Under the pieces are notes generated by a model. That model ran no database searches. It saw nothing but the letters and a program-made list of their open reading frames with translations, and was not told the origin of the DNA. Positions 10,735 through 21,923 of a stretch of 64,000 nt of DNA are shown piece after piece. Every line of letters begins with the position of its first letter. Positions within the stretch are counted from its first letter, which is position 1. The DNA is from Coleofasciculus chthonoplastes F2-STO-03 (lineage in GTDB: Bacteria; Cyanobacteriota; Cyanobacteriia; Cyanobacteriales; Coleofasciculaceae): NCBI GenBank assembly GCA_040222015.1, contig JAVJWO010000176.1, positions 18,173-82,172 on the forward strand, in the 5' to 3' direction. A program made the translations under genes and the position numbers.

Positions 10735-11005
10735 ATGAATCAACCAATTCTTCAGTTCCTGGCAGCAAAAAATTATAAAAATCTACAATTATATCAGTCG
10801 AACTATCTCAACAAGCTTAACGTCTTTATCGGTTCAAATGGTTCAGGAAAAAGTAATTTTCTTAGTTGCTTGGAGTTCTTAAAAAATTGCCTAACAACTA
10901 TTCCTGATGAAAGTCGAGGGGTTAGTAGTTTTGAAAATGCCGTTGCCCAAATGGGTGGGAATAAAATTTTAGCTGGGAACCTGGATAGTCCGGCTAAAGT
11001 CAGCA
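10735..11005 (+). pseudogene. N-terminal fragment of AAA_15/AAA_21 ABC-type ATPase
   Basis: KNYKNL...LNVFIGSNGSGKSNF Walker A, then ends after about 90 codons, running into the convergent gene. Confidence 0.7.
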
Positions 11006-11032
11006 AACTTGACAACCCTCTGCATTCTTGGA

Positions 11033-13123
11033 CTAATTTCGCTTCAGCACTAGCAACGTAATATCATCAAACACTTTCTGCTGACCAATGTGTCGCTGTA
11101 CATCATCAATCACCGCTTGCTTAATCTCCTCCGCCGACTTTTGCCAATTTTGATGCACCACCTGACAAAGCTTTTCTATCCCATACTGAATATGGTTTAT
11201 ATTTTCAGCTTCCGTAATCCCATCGGTATAAAGGACAATCCCATCACCTGGATTGATCTGTACTAGAGTATGATCAATAAAGTCGGAAATTTCATCCTCT
11301 AAACCAATAGGAAACCCTAAATCTATGGTGTCAATGCGCTCTATTTTGCCACCCTCTCGCACCACAATAGTTTCCTCATGTTGACCACTTACGCTGACTT
11401 GACCTTGGGCATAATTAAGAATCGCTAATGTCAGATTTTTGTCCGAGTTCATCCGTTGAATATTTTTATAAATGGTACGGTTAAGCGTATCCAAAAATCT
11501 AACCGGATCAGTTTCGCGAATTTCTTTGAGCGTGCGGACACCCATTTGAGTCATCAGCATTAAAATACCACTTTCGAGTCCATGTCCAGTAACATCACCG
11601 ATACCAATAGTGACAACACCGTCACTGTAGAGTACATCATAATAATCACCCCCCACTTCATCAGCGGGTTCCATAAATCCAGCAATATCGAGTCCTTCAA
11701 TACATTGGAGTTCCTCGGCTTTGGGTAGAATTAGATGCTGCATTTGACGGACAATATCCAGTTGAGCGCTCATGCGAAGGTTTTCAGTTTTCAGCTTCTG
11801 ATTGAGCGCCTGAATCTCTTGATTCGCTGTGGCAAGTTGCGCGGTGCGTTCGGTGACTTTATCTTCTAAGGTGACAAAGGCGTGCTTCAGTTGTCCTGAC
11901 ATACAGTTAAATGAGTCAGCCAGTTTTCCCACTTCATCGGTTGAGTTAACCGCCGCTTTCACACTCAAATCCCCATCTTGGAGACGACGGGTTACGTCTG
12001 TCAGTCGTTTAATCGGTTCAGCAATTTGTCGGCGTAACCAAAATGCCATAGCTATGGCAAGGATTAAGGCGAAAATTCCCCAAATTAGCGTTTGCAATTG
12101 CGCTTGATTGAGACTGCGATTGGCTTTTTTTAATTCCTGAGCTAGCATTAACTGCTGCGCTGTAACAATTTGATCAAGCTGGCTCAACATGTCTTCAGCT
12201 AGGGGTTCAGCTTGAGTTTTCAGTAAGAATAATTCTTGGCGATAGCGGTCACTTTCGACAATCTCAAACATTTGTGGGGGTAAACGAAAGAATTCAGTAC
12301 GTCTGTTGGCAATTTCATCAAAGCTGGTGCGCTGATTAGCCGTCAAAAATTGTTTTTTTGCCACTAACTCAAGCCAAGCATTTTGGTTGGCTTGAGCCAG
12401 AGCATTATACTCAAAGCGAAAGGAAGGAGAACGAGTGACTAAGTAGCTTTGTAAGGCGGAGACGAGGAGAGCAAAACTACTTTGAAACTCAGCCATATCC
12501 AGGAGGAGAGCCGTGTTCGTGGCGGAGGGCGATCGCGTCTGTTGATCATCGAGCATTTCTTCTATCTCTCGCTGAATAATAATAATCGGTTTTTTCCCTT
12601 GGCTATCCAAAAGTTTTAAGGCGGGTTGATTTTCCAGCAAGTCATCTCGCAAGGCGATTAACTGATCGGGGAGTTGCGACCAAACCTGATACGTTTGTTT
12701 TAGTTTACCGACGCGATCGCGAATATCAGAGGCGGAGTGGTTCGCCAGCACCTCCATTTGGGCTAAATCGGCTTCAAACTTCTGTCTCGATCCTTGGTAG
12801 CGGTAGCGGTACTCCGGATCTCCCGTGGCTACATACGCTCGCACTTGGGACAACATTTTCAGCAAATTTGCCTGGGCTTGGGCGGAAGCTAGGGCGGTAG
12901 GAACTCGTGTATTCTGGGTTCGATTGATATTGACTTGAGCCTCTCGCCCCCCCAAATAATTTCGCCCAATCACCAGAAACGTCATCACCATTAAAATACC
13001 AAAGGCAATATTTAATTTTTGTCCAATTTTCTGATTACGCAGCTGAGCGGCTAGTTTCCGACGGTTAGCTTGAACTCGATCATTCAAAAATTTAGCTTTA
13101 AAAGCATTCAGCCTGGAATTCAC
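11033..13123 (-). CDS. Membrane sensor PP2C/SpoIIE phosphatase with HAMP domain
   Basis: Two TM segments around a helical extracytoplasmic region, HAMP (DEVGKLADSFN), VGGDYYD, GDVTGHG, YTDGITEA, DDITL. Confidence 0.93.
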   Translation of the reverse strand: MNSRLNAFKAKFLNDRVQANRRKLAAQLRNQKIGQKLNIAFGILMVMTFLVIGRNYLGGREAQVNINRTQNTRVPTALASAQAQANLLKMLSQVRAYVATGDPEYRYRYQGSRQKFEADLAQMEVLANHSASDIRDRVGKLKQTYQVWSQLPDQLIALRDDLLENQPALKLLDSQGKKPIIIIQREIEEMLDDQQTRSPSATNTALLLDMAEFQSSFALLVSALQSYLVTRSPSFRFEYNALAQANQNAWLELVAKKQFLTANQRTSFDEIANRRTEFFRLPPQMFEIVESDRYRQELFLLKTQAEPLAEDMLSQLDQIVTAQQLMLAQELKKANRSLNQAQLQTLIWGIFALILAIAMAFWLRRQIAEPIKRLTDVTRRLQDGDLSVKAAVNSTDEVGKLADSFNCMSGQLKHAFVTLEDKVTERTAQLATANQEIQALNQKLKTENLRMSAQLDIVRQMQHLILPKAEELQCIEGLDIAGFMEPADEVGGDYYDVLYSDGVVTIGIGDVTGHGLESGILMLMTQMGVRTLKEIRETDPVRFLDTLNRTIYKNIQRMNSDKNLTLAILNYAQGQVSVSGQHEETIVVREGGKIERIDTIDLGFPIGLEDEISDFIDHTLVQINPGDGIVLYTDGITEAENINHIQYGIEKLCQVVHQNWQKSAEEIKQAVIDDVQRHIGQQKVFDDITLLVLKRN

Positions 13124-13225
13124 GGTGTTAACCTCACCCCATGTAATCGGGTTGAACTGATACCGAGTTTAAAGTTTATAGTTTAGCACTTTTTACACGA
13201 ATCAATCCCGACTGAATCATTGATT

Positions 13226-14305
13226 TTAGCTAAAATCTTTCAGAACAAACTGCTCCAAACTCAATTCATTGATTCGATTCCACTGATAAATTTTACGGCG
13301 AAACGCTTTCCATTTATCGTATACCTCTCTAAAGATTATATCTTGACGAGCATTTTCTTCTAAAAGTTCAACACTCACTTGATACGCCGTTTGTAATATC
13401 TCGTGGCTGTAGGATTTTAATTGGGTTCCGCCTTCAACTAACCGTTTCAGCGCCTCCCCATTCGCCGCATCTAAGGCGGCTAACATGGTCAAACTCGTTT
13501 CCGTCGCCGCCGCTTGCAAAATTTGCTGATAAGCTTTCGGTAACGTTTGCCATTGCTGGCGACTCACGAGAATATCTTCACTCGCGCCCGGTTCCCACCA
13601 TCCTGGATAATAGTAATAGTGAGCGACACGGTGCAGTCCTAGCTTCTCATCATCATGAGGATTTCGCCATTCGGCTGCCTCAATTCTACCTGTCTTTAGT
13701 GCCGTCAAAATTTCATCACCGCCTAACACAATCACCTGCGCCCCAAAACGGCTAAGAATTTGCGCTCCCCATCCAGGAATGCGAATTTTTAGTCCTTTAA
13801 AGTCAGCCGAACGATTTATTTCTTTGTTGAACCATCCGCCCATTTGGATACCCACAGCACCAGCAGGAAATGCGATAACGCCAAAGTCAGCATAGATCTG
13901 ATGCATGATCTCTAAACCACCCCCATAATATAGCCAAGCATTCTGTTGATATGCCGTTAGTCCAAAGGGAACAGAAATGCTAAAGATTAAGGTGGGATTT
14001 TTTTCCAGATAGTAAAGAGCGGTTGTATGACCGCACTCAACCGTTCCCGCTTTAACTGCATCAAATACCTGTAATGGGGGAACAATTTCACCCGCCGGAT
14101 AGGGAATAATCACAAACCGTCCATTCGTCGCCACCTTCACTCGTTGACAAAGTTCTTCAACCGCGCTAAAGGTAATATCACTTTTGAGCCAACTGGTTGC
14201 CATGCGCCATTGAATCGCGGGTTGAGTTGGTGTAGAAGCATCAGGTACTGTGGTGAACCCTGCTGTTCCTAGCACAGCATTTTTGCAGAAGTTTCGGCGC
14301 TTCAT
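13226..14305 (-). CDS. TRAP transporter substrate-binding protein (DctP/TakP-like) with Tat signal
   Basis: MKRRNF Tat motif, WRMATSW, QMGGWFNKEI, GLKIRIPG, YYYPGWWEPG. Confidence 0.9.
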   Translation of the reverse strand: MKRRNFCKNAVLGTAGFTTVPDASTPTQPAIQWRMATSWLKSDITFSAVEELCQRVKVATNGRFVIIPYPAGEIVPPLQVFDAVKAGTVECGHTTALYYLEKNPTLIFSISVPFGLTAYQQNAWLYYGGGLEIMHQIYADFGVIAFPAGAVGIQMGGWFNKEINRSADFKGLKIRIPGWGAQILSRFGAQVIVLGGDEILTALKTGRIEAAEWRNPHDDEKLGLHRVAHYYYYPGWWEPGASEDILVSRQQWQTLPKAYQQILQAAATETSLTMLAALDAANGEALKRLVEGGTQLKSYSHEILQTAYQVSVELLEENARQDIIFREVYDKWKAFRRKIYQWNRINELSLEQFVLKDFS

Positions 14306-14414
14306 CGCTAGAATACCCAATGAGTTTAAATGGAATGGTACTGACTTAAGAAAAATAGCAAGCACTTTAGCGCTTTAAGCACTAAAGTGCTGACTACAAA
14401 CTATTCAGCAGTCC

Positions 14415-17400
14415 CTAAATGGATATGAAAGCGTCTTCAGTCAGCGTTGACGTATCAATTCCATTCAACATGGCTAAGGTTTGGTTGTTGTAACGAATCT
14501 CACTCCCTTGGAAGAACAAATCGTTAAAGGTGACACCGTTAGTTAAACCCAGTTGATCTCCTTGACCTAAACTAAAGTCAGTAATCGTATCCTGGTTTTC
14601 CCCAGCCGTCAGGACAAAGGTATCTATCCCTAAACCGCCTGTCAGGTTATCATTACCGAAACCACCGGAGAGCAGATCATCGCCATCGCCGCCGACGAGT
14701 TTGTCTTGACCTTGACCACCGATGAGGGTATCGTTCCCAGCATCCCCATAGAGTTGGTCATCGCCATCTCCACCATCAAGGGAATCATTACCTAAACCGC
14801 CTGTGAGGGTGTCTTGACCTTGACCGCCTAGGAGGGTATCGCGTCCATCGCCGCCATCGAGGATATCTTCACCGTCGCCACCATCGAGGGAATCGTTACC
14901 ATTGCCCCCTGTGAGGGTATCGCGGCTGCTGCCACCGAGTAGGGTATCGCGTCCATTGCCACCATCGAGGATATCTTCACCACTGCCACCATCAAGCAAA
15001 TCGCTACCGCCACCGCCATCAAGGGTATCCCGTCCGTTCCCGCCGATGAGGGTGTCACTACCCCCACCCCCGATTAACTCATCACTACCATTGCCGCCAT
15101 CGATACTATCATTACCCTGAGCGCCACTGAGGGTATCATTACCGTTATTGCCGTTGATGCGATCGTTCCCTGGAGTGCCGTTGATGGTATCGCTATTGTT
15201 GCCCCCCTCAAAGTTATCGCCCACTTCAATCGTCACGGTGGCAGTATCGGTTGCACCCTGAGTATCAGTAATCATGTAGTCGAAGCTGGCTGTGCCAGTG
15301 AAGCCGGAGTCAGGGGTGAATGTGACTCGACCGTTATCCTCGGTGAGTGTGCCGTTGGTGATATTGCTGATATTGGTCAGACTCAGGGTATCCCCGTCAT
15401 CTACATCTGAGTCGTTGTTGAGGGGACGCAGGCTGATGGGGGTATCTTTAAAGGCAGTACGTCGGTCATTTTTGGCAACAGGGGCATCATTGATGCCTGT
15501 GACCATAACGCTAACGGTGGCGGTATCAGTGCCGCCATTCCCATCATTCACGGTATAGATGAAACTATCGGTTGTGGTTGTACCTGCATACAGGAAGTCT
15601 AGGTTCCCTGTCGGGTCATAGGTGAAGGTGCCATCACCGTTATCGGTGATATTGGCGAGGGTGTTGCTGGTGTCAATACTGGTGAGGGTTAGGGTATCCC
15701 CGTTGGGGTCTGAGTCATTAACGAGAACATTGCTGATCAGGATGGGGGTTTCTTCATCGGTTGTGCCGCCGTTGTCGTCGGTAGCAATAGGAGCATCGTT
15801 GACACCGTTAATCGTAATATTTACTGTGGCGGTATCGGTGCCACCATTCCCATCACTGATGGTGTAGGTAAAGCTATCGGTATCGCTATCACCAACGGGT
15901 AAGGCGTCGAACTGTCCGTTGGGGTTGTAATCAAAGCTGCCGTCGGAGTTGAGGGTGAGGAGTGCGCCGGAGGTGAGGGTGATTTCAGTATCCACATCAG
16001 CGGCATTGCCGTTGACTTCAGTGATAGTCAGGGGGTCGCCATCGGGGTCAGAGTCGGCTCCGTTGCCATTATCAGCCAAGACACTGCCACTCAGGAGAGT
16101 GTCTTCACTCGTGGCAACGTCGTCATCGGTGGCAACGGGGGAACTTGCTTCTCGCTGGACTTCAAAGGCTCCAATGTCTACGGCACTCCCAAAAACGCGA
16201 TCAAACCCATCGCCGCGCTGGTCAAAAGTCAGATTATTGGGATTACTACCTGCATCAATGGCAGCGGAACCCGCTTGCAGGGCATGGGTTTGGGTGGGAC
16301 CGCCATTGTCAGCGAGGGGGTCGAGTCCAGGGTCAGTAATGCCAGTGATGTCACCACTTTGGTTGAATGCGGCTGTCGCATTACCATCCCCGATCAGGTT
16401 ATGAGCACCACTGGTAAAGGAGTTGGTATCCCCATCGACGAAATCGACATCACTATTAATGTTGCCTGATACAATGCTAGAGGTGATAGTCGTTTGTGTG
16501 AACGTACTCCCGTCGCTGGCAATGCCACTGCCGTAGCCATCTGGGGCAGTGTTCAGGGTAATGGTACTGTTGCTGACGATCAACGGTCCATCATCATTAA
16601 AGATGCCACCCCCGTAACCGTCAGTTGAGTTGCCCGATATCGTACTGTTGGCGATAGTCGCTGGTTCGGTAGACTTACTAGAGTTGACATAGATACCGCC
16701 GCCGTCGCCGTTAATAACAGAGTTGCCCGAGACGGTGCTGTTGCTCAAGGAAAATGCTATACCGTAGCTGTAGATACCGCCGCCGTCACCGTCAAGCGCA
16801 GAGTTACCTGAGATAGTGCTGTCGCTCACGAACAATGTACCGTACTCGTTGTGGATACCACCACCATCGTCAGCCGAGTTACCCGAAACAGTGCTGTTAG
16901 TGACCGTTAAGGTATCCTCGAACCCGACGTAGAAGCCGCCACCAAAGAATCCAGCCGAGTTACCCGATACGATGCTATTGCTCACGGTCGCTGTACCGCC
17001 GACGACGGCGATACCGCCACCATCACCCAATTCAGCCGAGTTATCCGAGATGGTGCTGTCGCTCACGGTCAATGTCAATGTACCGTCGCTATAGATGCCG
17101 CCGCCGCTATCTGTAGCCGAGTTACCTGAGATAGTGCTATTATCCACGGTCAATGTATCGTCGTTGTAGATACCGCCACCATTGTCTGTAGCAAAGTTAT
17201 CTGAAATGATGCTATTGCTGACGGTCAATGTATCGTTGTTGTAGATACCGCCACCATTGTTAGCAGAGTTACCCGAGACAGTACTGTCACTCACGGTCAA
17301 TGTACTGAAGTTGTAGATACCGCCGCCATTGTCTGTAGCCGAGTTACCAGAAATGTTACTGTTGCTGACAGTCAATGTATCGTCGTTGTAGATACCGCCG

Positions 17401-18602
17401 CCATATCTTCTAGCCGAGTTACCAGAAATGGTACTGTCGTCAACAGACAATGAGCCGCCCCCGTGATCGATGCCGCCGCCATCGAATTCAGCCGAGTTAC
17501 CAGAAATGGTACTGTTGGTCACGGAGAAACTACCCTCGTTGTAGATGCCGCCGCCATCGAATTCAACAGAGTTGTTAGAAATGGTACTGTTGGTCACGGT
17601 GGTTAAACCGTCTTCATTGTAGATACCGCCACCATTGTTAGCAGAGTTGCCTGAGATGGTGCTGTCGCTTACAGACAATGTACCGTTGTTGTAGATGCCA
17701 CCACCACCATCTTCCGCAGCGTTGTCCGAGATGTTGCTGTTAGTTACGACAGCAGCGCCTCCTCCCTCGATGCGAATGCCACCACCATCGTCGTTGGAAG
17801 ACGTTCCCACTGCGTTGCCTCCGGTTAGGGTCACGCCATCTAAGACTAGGGTGCCTGCGTTTAAGACATGCAGTACTCGTTCAATGGAGGCGGCATCAAT
17901 GATGGTCGTTTCAGCCCCCGCCCCCTGAATAATAATTGAGCTGGTAATGTCGAGGTCGCCGTCTAGGGCAGCATCCTCGTTTGTACCAGCAAGGTCGAGG
18001 GTATAAGTTCCAGCAGAGAGAATAATCGTATCAGTCCCAGACCCCATCTCTCCCAGGTCTGTCATGCCATCGCTATTAGCCGCAATGATGGCTTCCCGCA
18101 GGGTAACCAGTCCGTCACCGCTGGTTAAGTTGTCAGCAGTGCTATTCACCGCGATCGTGTTGTTAGACGCAAAAATATCCACAACATCGATCGCAATATC
18201 ATATACACCTGTACCTTCCTCACTGCCACTTCCTTCCACGCTTGGATTATATGCATCGTTACCAAAACTACTCACCCCCACGTAGTAGGTGCCAGTAGAC
18301 GGCGCTAAAAAGCTGAGTGCAGAGTCAGTTCCATCAGCATCGTCGTTAGCTGCCAATTCAGTGCCACTGTCATCAAACAACCGCAGGTAGGAATCGAGAG
18401 TAGACCCATTCACCTGTGCATCAATATCGGCAGTGATAAAGTTTCCAGCGTTGACCTGAAGCTCGAACAAGTCAATATCTAAGCCCGGTGCAATGTTGGA
18501 ATTATCGCCAATCGAGCCATTAAAAAAAGCGGTTCCAATGCCATTGATGCCCGTCTCAGTCGCTTCAAGTAGGATATCGTTGGGTTCATTGAATGTTGCC
18601 AT
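14415..18602 (-). CDS. Large secreted/surface protein: PPC-like domain, CSLREA-like motif, GGGIYN beta-helix repeats, choice-of-anchor-Q-like motif, cadherin-like/Ig repeats, RTX Ca-binding repeats
   Basis: [10 protein letters not shown]; many [20 protein letters not shown] repeats; [18 protein letters not shown] repeats; GGxGxDxL nonapeptides at the C-terminus. Confidence 0.88.
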   Translation of the reverse strand: MATFNEPNDILLEATETGINGIGTAFFNGSIGDNSNIAPGLDIDLFELQVNAGNFITADIDAQVNGSTLDSYLRLFDDSGTELAANDDADGTDSALSFLAPSTGTYYVGVSSFGNDAYNPSVEGSGSEEGTGVYDIAIDVVDIFASNNTIAVNSTADNLTSGDGLVTLREAIIAANSDGMTDLGEMGSGTDTIILSAGTYTLDLAGTNEDAALDGDLDITSSIIIQGAGAETTIIDAASIERVLHVLNAGTLVLDGVTLTGGNAVGTSSNDDGGGIRIEGGGAAVVTNSNISDNAAEDGGGGIYNNGTLSVSDSTISGNSANNGGGIYNEDGLTTVTNSTISNNSVEFDGGGIYNEGSFSVTNSTISGNSAEFDGGGIDHGGGSLSVDDSTISGNSARRYGGGIYNDDTLTVSNSNISGNSATDNGGGIYNFSTLTVSDSTVSGNSANNGGGIYNNDTLTVSNSIISDNFATDNGGGIYNDDTLTVDNSTISGNSATDSGGGIYSDGTLTLTVSDSTISDNSAELGDGGGIAVVGGTATVSNSIVSGNSAGFFGGGFYVGFEDTLTVTNSTVSGNSADDGGGIHNEYGTLFVSDSTISGNSALDGDGGGIYSYGIAFSLSNSTVSGNSVINGDGGGIYVNSSKSTEPATIANSTISGNSTDGYGGGIFNDDGPLIVSNSTITLNTAPDGYGSGIASDGSTFTQTTITSSIVSGNINSDVDFVDGDTNSFTSGAHNLIGDGNATAAFNQSGDITGITDPGLDPLADNGGPTQTHALQAGSAAIDAGSNPNNLTFDQRGDGFDRVFGSAVDIGAFEVQREASSPVATDDDVATSEDTLLSGSVLADNGNGADSDPDGDPLTITEVNGNAADVDTEITLTSGALLTLNSDGSFDYNPNGQFDALPVGDSDTDSFTYTISDGNGGTDTATVNITINGVNDAPIATDDNGGTTDEETPILISNVLVNDSDPNGDTLTLTSIDTSNTLANITDNGDGTFTYDPTGNLDFLYAGTTTTDSFIYTVNDGNGGTDTATVSVMVTGINDAPVAKNDRRTAFKDTPISLRPLNNDSDVDDGDTLSLTNISNITNGTLTEDNGRVTFTPDSGFTGTASFDYMITDTQGATDTATVTIEVGDNFEGGNNSDTINGTPGNDRINGNNGNDTLSGAQGNDSIDGGNGSDELIGGGGSDTLIGGNGRDTLDGGGGSDLLDGGSGEDILDGGNGRDTLLGGSSRDTLTGGNGNDSLDGGDGEDILDGGDGRDTLLGGQGQDTLTGGLGNDSLDGGDGDDQLYGDAGNDTLIGGQGQDKLVGGDGDDLLSGGFGNDNLTGGLGIDTFVLTAGENQDTITDFSLGQGDQLGLTNGVTFNDLFFQGSEIRYNNQTLAMLNGIDTSTLTEDAFISI

Positions 18603-19409
18603 GGGTTTAATTCTCCAAAATTGTGTATAAATTGCAGGTCATGCTGAATGACCGTCGGGCTAAGTTCAGCAAAAATTAATCTCATTGATGAAGACTATCG
18701 GACTGTCTTGGTCATCAAGATTAGGGGGTGTTTTTGAACTTTTGGAAGTTGAATCACCCAGCAGAAACTAGCAGCGTCTAAGCCGCTCTAAGTAGGTGGA
18801 CACAATTAAAGTTAACGATTGAGATTAGGGAACCGGGAACAGTAAAGAATGTTAAAACCTGTCTTGGTACTGTGATAAAGACTGGCAGACTGAGTAAGTC
18901 AACATGAAAAATTTGTTAATTAATCTTTGTTGATGAATAAACCCTAACAAAAAGGAGAATGCAGAAATGATGAGTTTAATGAAGATTCTGTAAAGTTATT
19001 CGGAGGCGTTTATGAAGTTTTGGTAAAGATAATCGCCGATTATCGATCCATTACTGGCAAATAATAAATGGCAACTCAACTAAGGGTTAATTAACGAATT
19101 TATATGTATTGATCAAATGACTTAAGTATGTATTTAATACAAGTTAGCCGAGTTTTGATAAAAGTTCGCTTTTGTTCTCCTTTTATATATATAGCGTTTA
19201 CATTGGAGATGTAAAATCGGGGTTGAGTGCAAAAAGGAACGGGGAACACCTCGACTTCGCCCGGTGTGTCACAGGCAACAGGCAACAGGGGAATGTCCTA
19301 ACGTATCGCCGTAGTGCTATACCTATAGGTCAGCCGGGAAATAAATTTCCGGCTGATAGCTAAAGTCAGCTAAAGCTGACTAGACGTTTTAAGCCGTTTT
19401 AACGGGTTT

Positions 19410-19515
19410 TATAGCAATAGACACATCGATTAGGACGTTCGGCACCATTGTAGAGACGCGCCATGGCGCGTCTCTACATAAATGATGTGTCCTAACAGCC
19501 ATGGCGGTTGCTATA
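19410..19515. mobile_element. MITE with TATAGCAA...TTGCTATA ends and internal REP doublet
   Basis: Near-identical copy at 50260-50366, partial copies near 10639-10702 and 20782-20846; TA-flanked. Confidence 0.8.
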
Positions 19516-19544
19516 GCTTGGGTTCCGGAACTTGAATTCACGGC

Positions 19545-20639
19545 TTAGTGCTGCTGATACTTTTGCCCATCAGGTACATCTGCCAAGGCTGCATCAGGCA
19601 AAACATAGGATGTGGCAATCAATTGTTCATCCCAATCGATAATCTCAGGAAACCGAATCTCTGGTAACACCTGAACCGCAAAAATTTCCTGCACCGCCTC
19701 TTCAAACTTTAAAAACGCCACAGTTTGCCCTGTCTCAATATTCACCACCCAAACTCCACAGATGCGTTCCTCTAACCTTTCAGTCAACGGAATACCACTA
19801 AATACTGCCGTCTCCCGCACTTGGGAAAGACCAATAAACGCCAAGGAACCCCAGAAGTCTATACCCCGGGTAAAGCCAGGAAGCTGAGTCACTGTCTCAC
19901 TTTTTCCAGATGCCAAATCAACGGTTGCTAGAGAACCATTCCCTGATTCCAATACCCAGAGACGATTTTGATACCAACGGGGTGAGTGAGGCATTGATAA
20001 TCCCTGGACAATCACCTGATTTGTCTCTACATCCATCAATACGCCACCATAAGCCTTATTTTCTCGCCAGCCGCCTCGACTATCGGTTGTCCCCAATGCG
20101 GTGACGTACTTGGGGTAATTATTTACCATACCTAAACCATTGAGATGACAACGGTCTTCTGGTGATAAAGCGCTGATAAAATGGGGTCGCCAACGGGGAA
20201 CAAAGCTGTGGTCAAAGTCTAGAGTACATAGACAAGAAAAACGGGTATTAATAAACCAGAGTTCTTGTTGAGCCCATGCCATTTCATGGATATCAATATC
20301 CCCAGTAACATGAGAATTGCGGGGCAGATAGCAAGCGTCGTGTTTCCCGATAGGTTCTAATTTCTGAGCAACGGCTGGCACATTGCGGAGTTCACAAACT
20401 TGGTTGGCTGTACCAATGGCAATTCTACCTCGGTCAGCCGCTAAACCCATGGGTTTTTGGAAGATGCGGAAGTGAGTATTGATATGTTCTCCATCAGCAC
20501 GGAGGACGATTAACTTACCTGCTTGGTAAGTGGAAACCACTAAGGAAATTCCCAGTTGGTTGAGGATTTGGGGGAAGTTCGTGGTATGGACACTCCGCAT
20601 TGGGTCATCCTTTGGGGGGTGCTGGGGAGAGTGCATCAT
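19545..20639 (-). CDS. TIGR03032 / DUF4915 family protein
   Basis: STYQAGKL, TGDIDIHEMA, PEDRCHLNGL, GLSMPHSPRW, LPGFTRG. Confidence 0.88.
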   Translation of the reverse strand: MMHSPQHPPKDDPMRSVHTTNFPQILNQLGISLVVSTYQAGKLIVLRADGEHINTHFRIFQKPMGLAADRGRIAIGTANQVCELRNVPAVAQKLEPIGKHDACYLPRNSHVTGDIDIHEMAWAQQELWFINTRFSCLCTLDFDHSFVPRWRPHFISALSPEDRCHLNGLGMVNNYPKYVTALGTTDSRGGWRENKAYGGVLMDVETNQVIVQGLSMPHSPRWYQNRLWVLESGNGSLATVDLASGKSETVTQLPGFTRGIDFWGSLAFIGLSQVRETAVFSGIPLTERLEERICGVWVVNIETGQTVAFLKFEEAVQEIFAVQVLPEIRFPEIIDWDEQLIATSYVLPDAALADVPDGQKYQQH

Positions 20640-20873
20640 TTGTTATTTGTTATTTGTTATTTGTAATGTGACCAATCCTAACTTATAATAGTCCAAAGGT
20701 GACTATCACAACGCAATTACCTGTGACGACGACTTATTTGCCGTCTGGTCGTTTGGTAAAGATGATGGTGATATCGATAAGTAGAGACCGTCCATGTTTG
20801 GTCTCTACATAAATGATGTGTCCTAACAGCTATGGCGGTTGCTATAACTCTAATCCATCAAATAGGGAAAATA

Positions 20874-21923
20874 TCATAACATTTTCATTACAGCATCAAC
20901 CAATAAATCAGCGCCAAACCGCACCACATCCGTACAAGGTAAACCCGTCTCATCCTGAACCTGCGCGATCGCGTCTCGTGCTTCCCTTTCTGTCAAATGC
21001 CCGGTATTCAAAGCAATGGCTACGACTGGCACCGATGCAAACGCCCCTCCCACCCTCGCCACAGTTTCATACAATTGAATCACCTCCGTTAACGGTGGAA
21101 TCAGTACATCCCGGCAATGGCAAATCTGTTTTTGTCCAGCGCGATGAACTAACACTAATCCTGTCGGTTGTGTGCCTCGAATTAGGGGTAAGGTGGCTGT
21201 AGAACCTGGATGAATTAGTGAACCCTGTCCTTCTATGATTAACAACTCATAATCCTTACCAAATTTCATCACTATTTGTTCAACCGCACCCGCCGCAAAA
21301 TCAACCCGAATCGCATCTAAAGGAATACCATCTCCAGCAATCATTAACCCCGCTTGACCCGTTGCCAAAAACTTAGACTTGATTCCCTTTCGACAAGCGG
21401 CGCGATGGAACTCAATACTGGTAGACATTTTGCCCACACTCATATCCGTGCCAACTGTTAAAATCCGTTGACAAGACAGCGATCGCGCTTGGGCTTTGCC
21501 TATCCCTAAATCCTGGGGTTCCTGACGAATATCCCAAATTTGTTGATTCGGTTGAAGTAATTTCTGTAACTCTGGATCAGATGCCATTGGCGTATGCAAG
21601 CCGTTATAAACTGAAAGTCCAGCCGCGATTCCCTGCTTAACTTCTTGCCACCAAACCTCTGGCAACCGTCCCCCCGATGGGGCAATTCCAATCGCTAAAA
21701 TCGTGGGATTGTAGGCGAGGGCGGAACTGACTGAATCCACAATTGGCGCATTACAGTTAATTCCCGTTAAGTCCGATAACGACTCTCCCGCACAGTCTTG
21801 ATCAATCACCGCCACCACTGTTGCTTCTGTATACCGTAGCAGCGTTAATCCGGTTTTCCCCTGATCGCCGCGAATCCCTTCATGTAATAAAATAGCGACG
21901 CGCTGATCACTTGTCAGATACAT
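20874..21923 (-). CDS. DUF1611 family P-loop protein (DgcN-like)
   Basis: GKTG, VGTDMSVGKM, ATGQAG, DFAAGAVE, IEGQGSL. Confidence 0.88.
   Translation of the reverse strand: MYLTSDQRVAILLHEGIRGDQGKTGLTLLRYTEATVVAVIDQDCAGESLSDLTGINCNAPIVDSVSSALAYNPTILAIGIAPSGGRLPEVWWQEVKQGIAAGLSVYNGLHTPMASDPELQKLLQPNQQIWDIRQEPQDLGIGKAQARSLSCQRILTVGTDMSVGKMSTSIEFHRAACRKGIKSKFLATGQAGLMIAGDGIPLDAIRVDFAAGAVEQIVMKFGKDYELLIIEGQGSLIHPGSTATLPLIRGTQPTGLVLVHRAGQKQICHCRDVLIPPLTEVIQLYETVARVGGAFASVPVVAIALNTGHLTEREARDAIAQVQDETGLPCTDVVRFGADLLVDAVMKML

Noticed and set aside
14828..18285. Several + strand and alternative-frame ORFs inside the exoprotein gene
   Set aside because: Shadows of Gly/Asp/Thr-rich repetitive coding sequence
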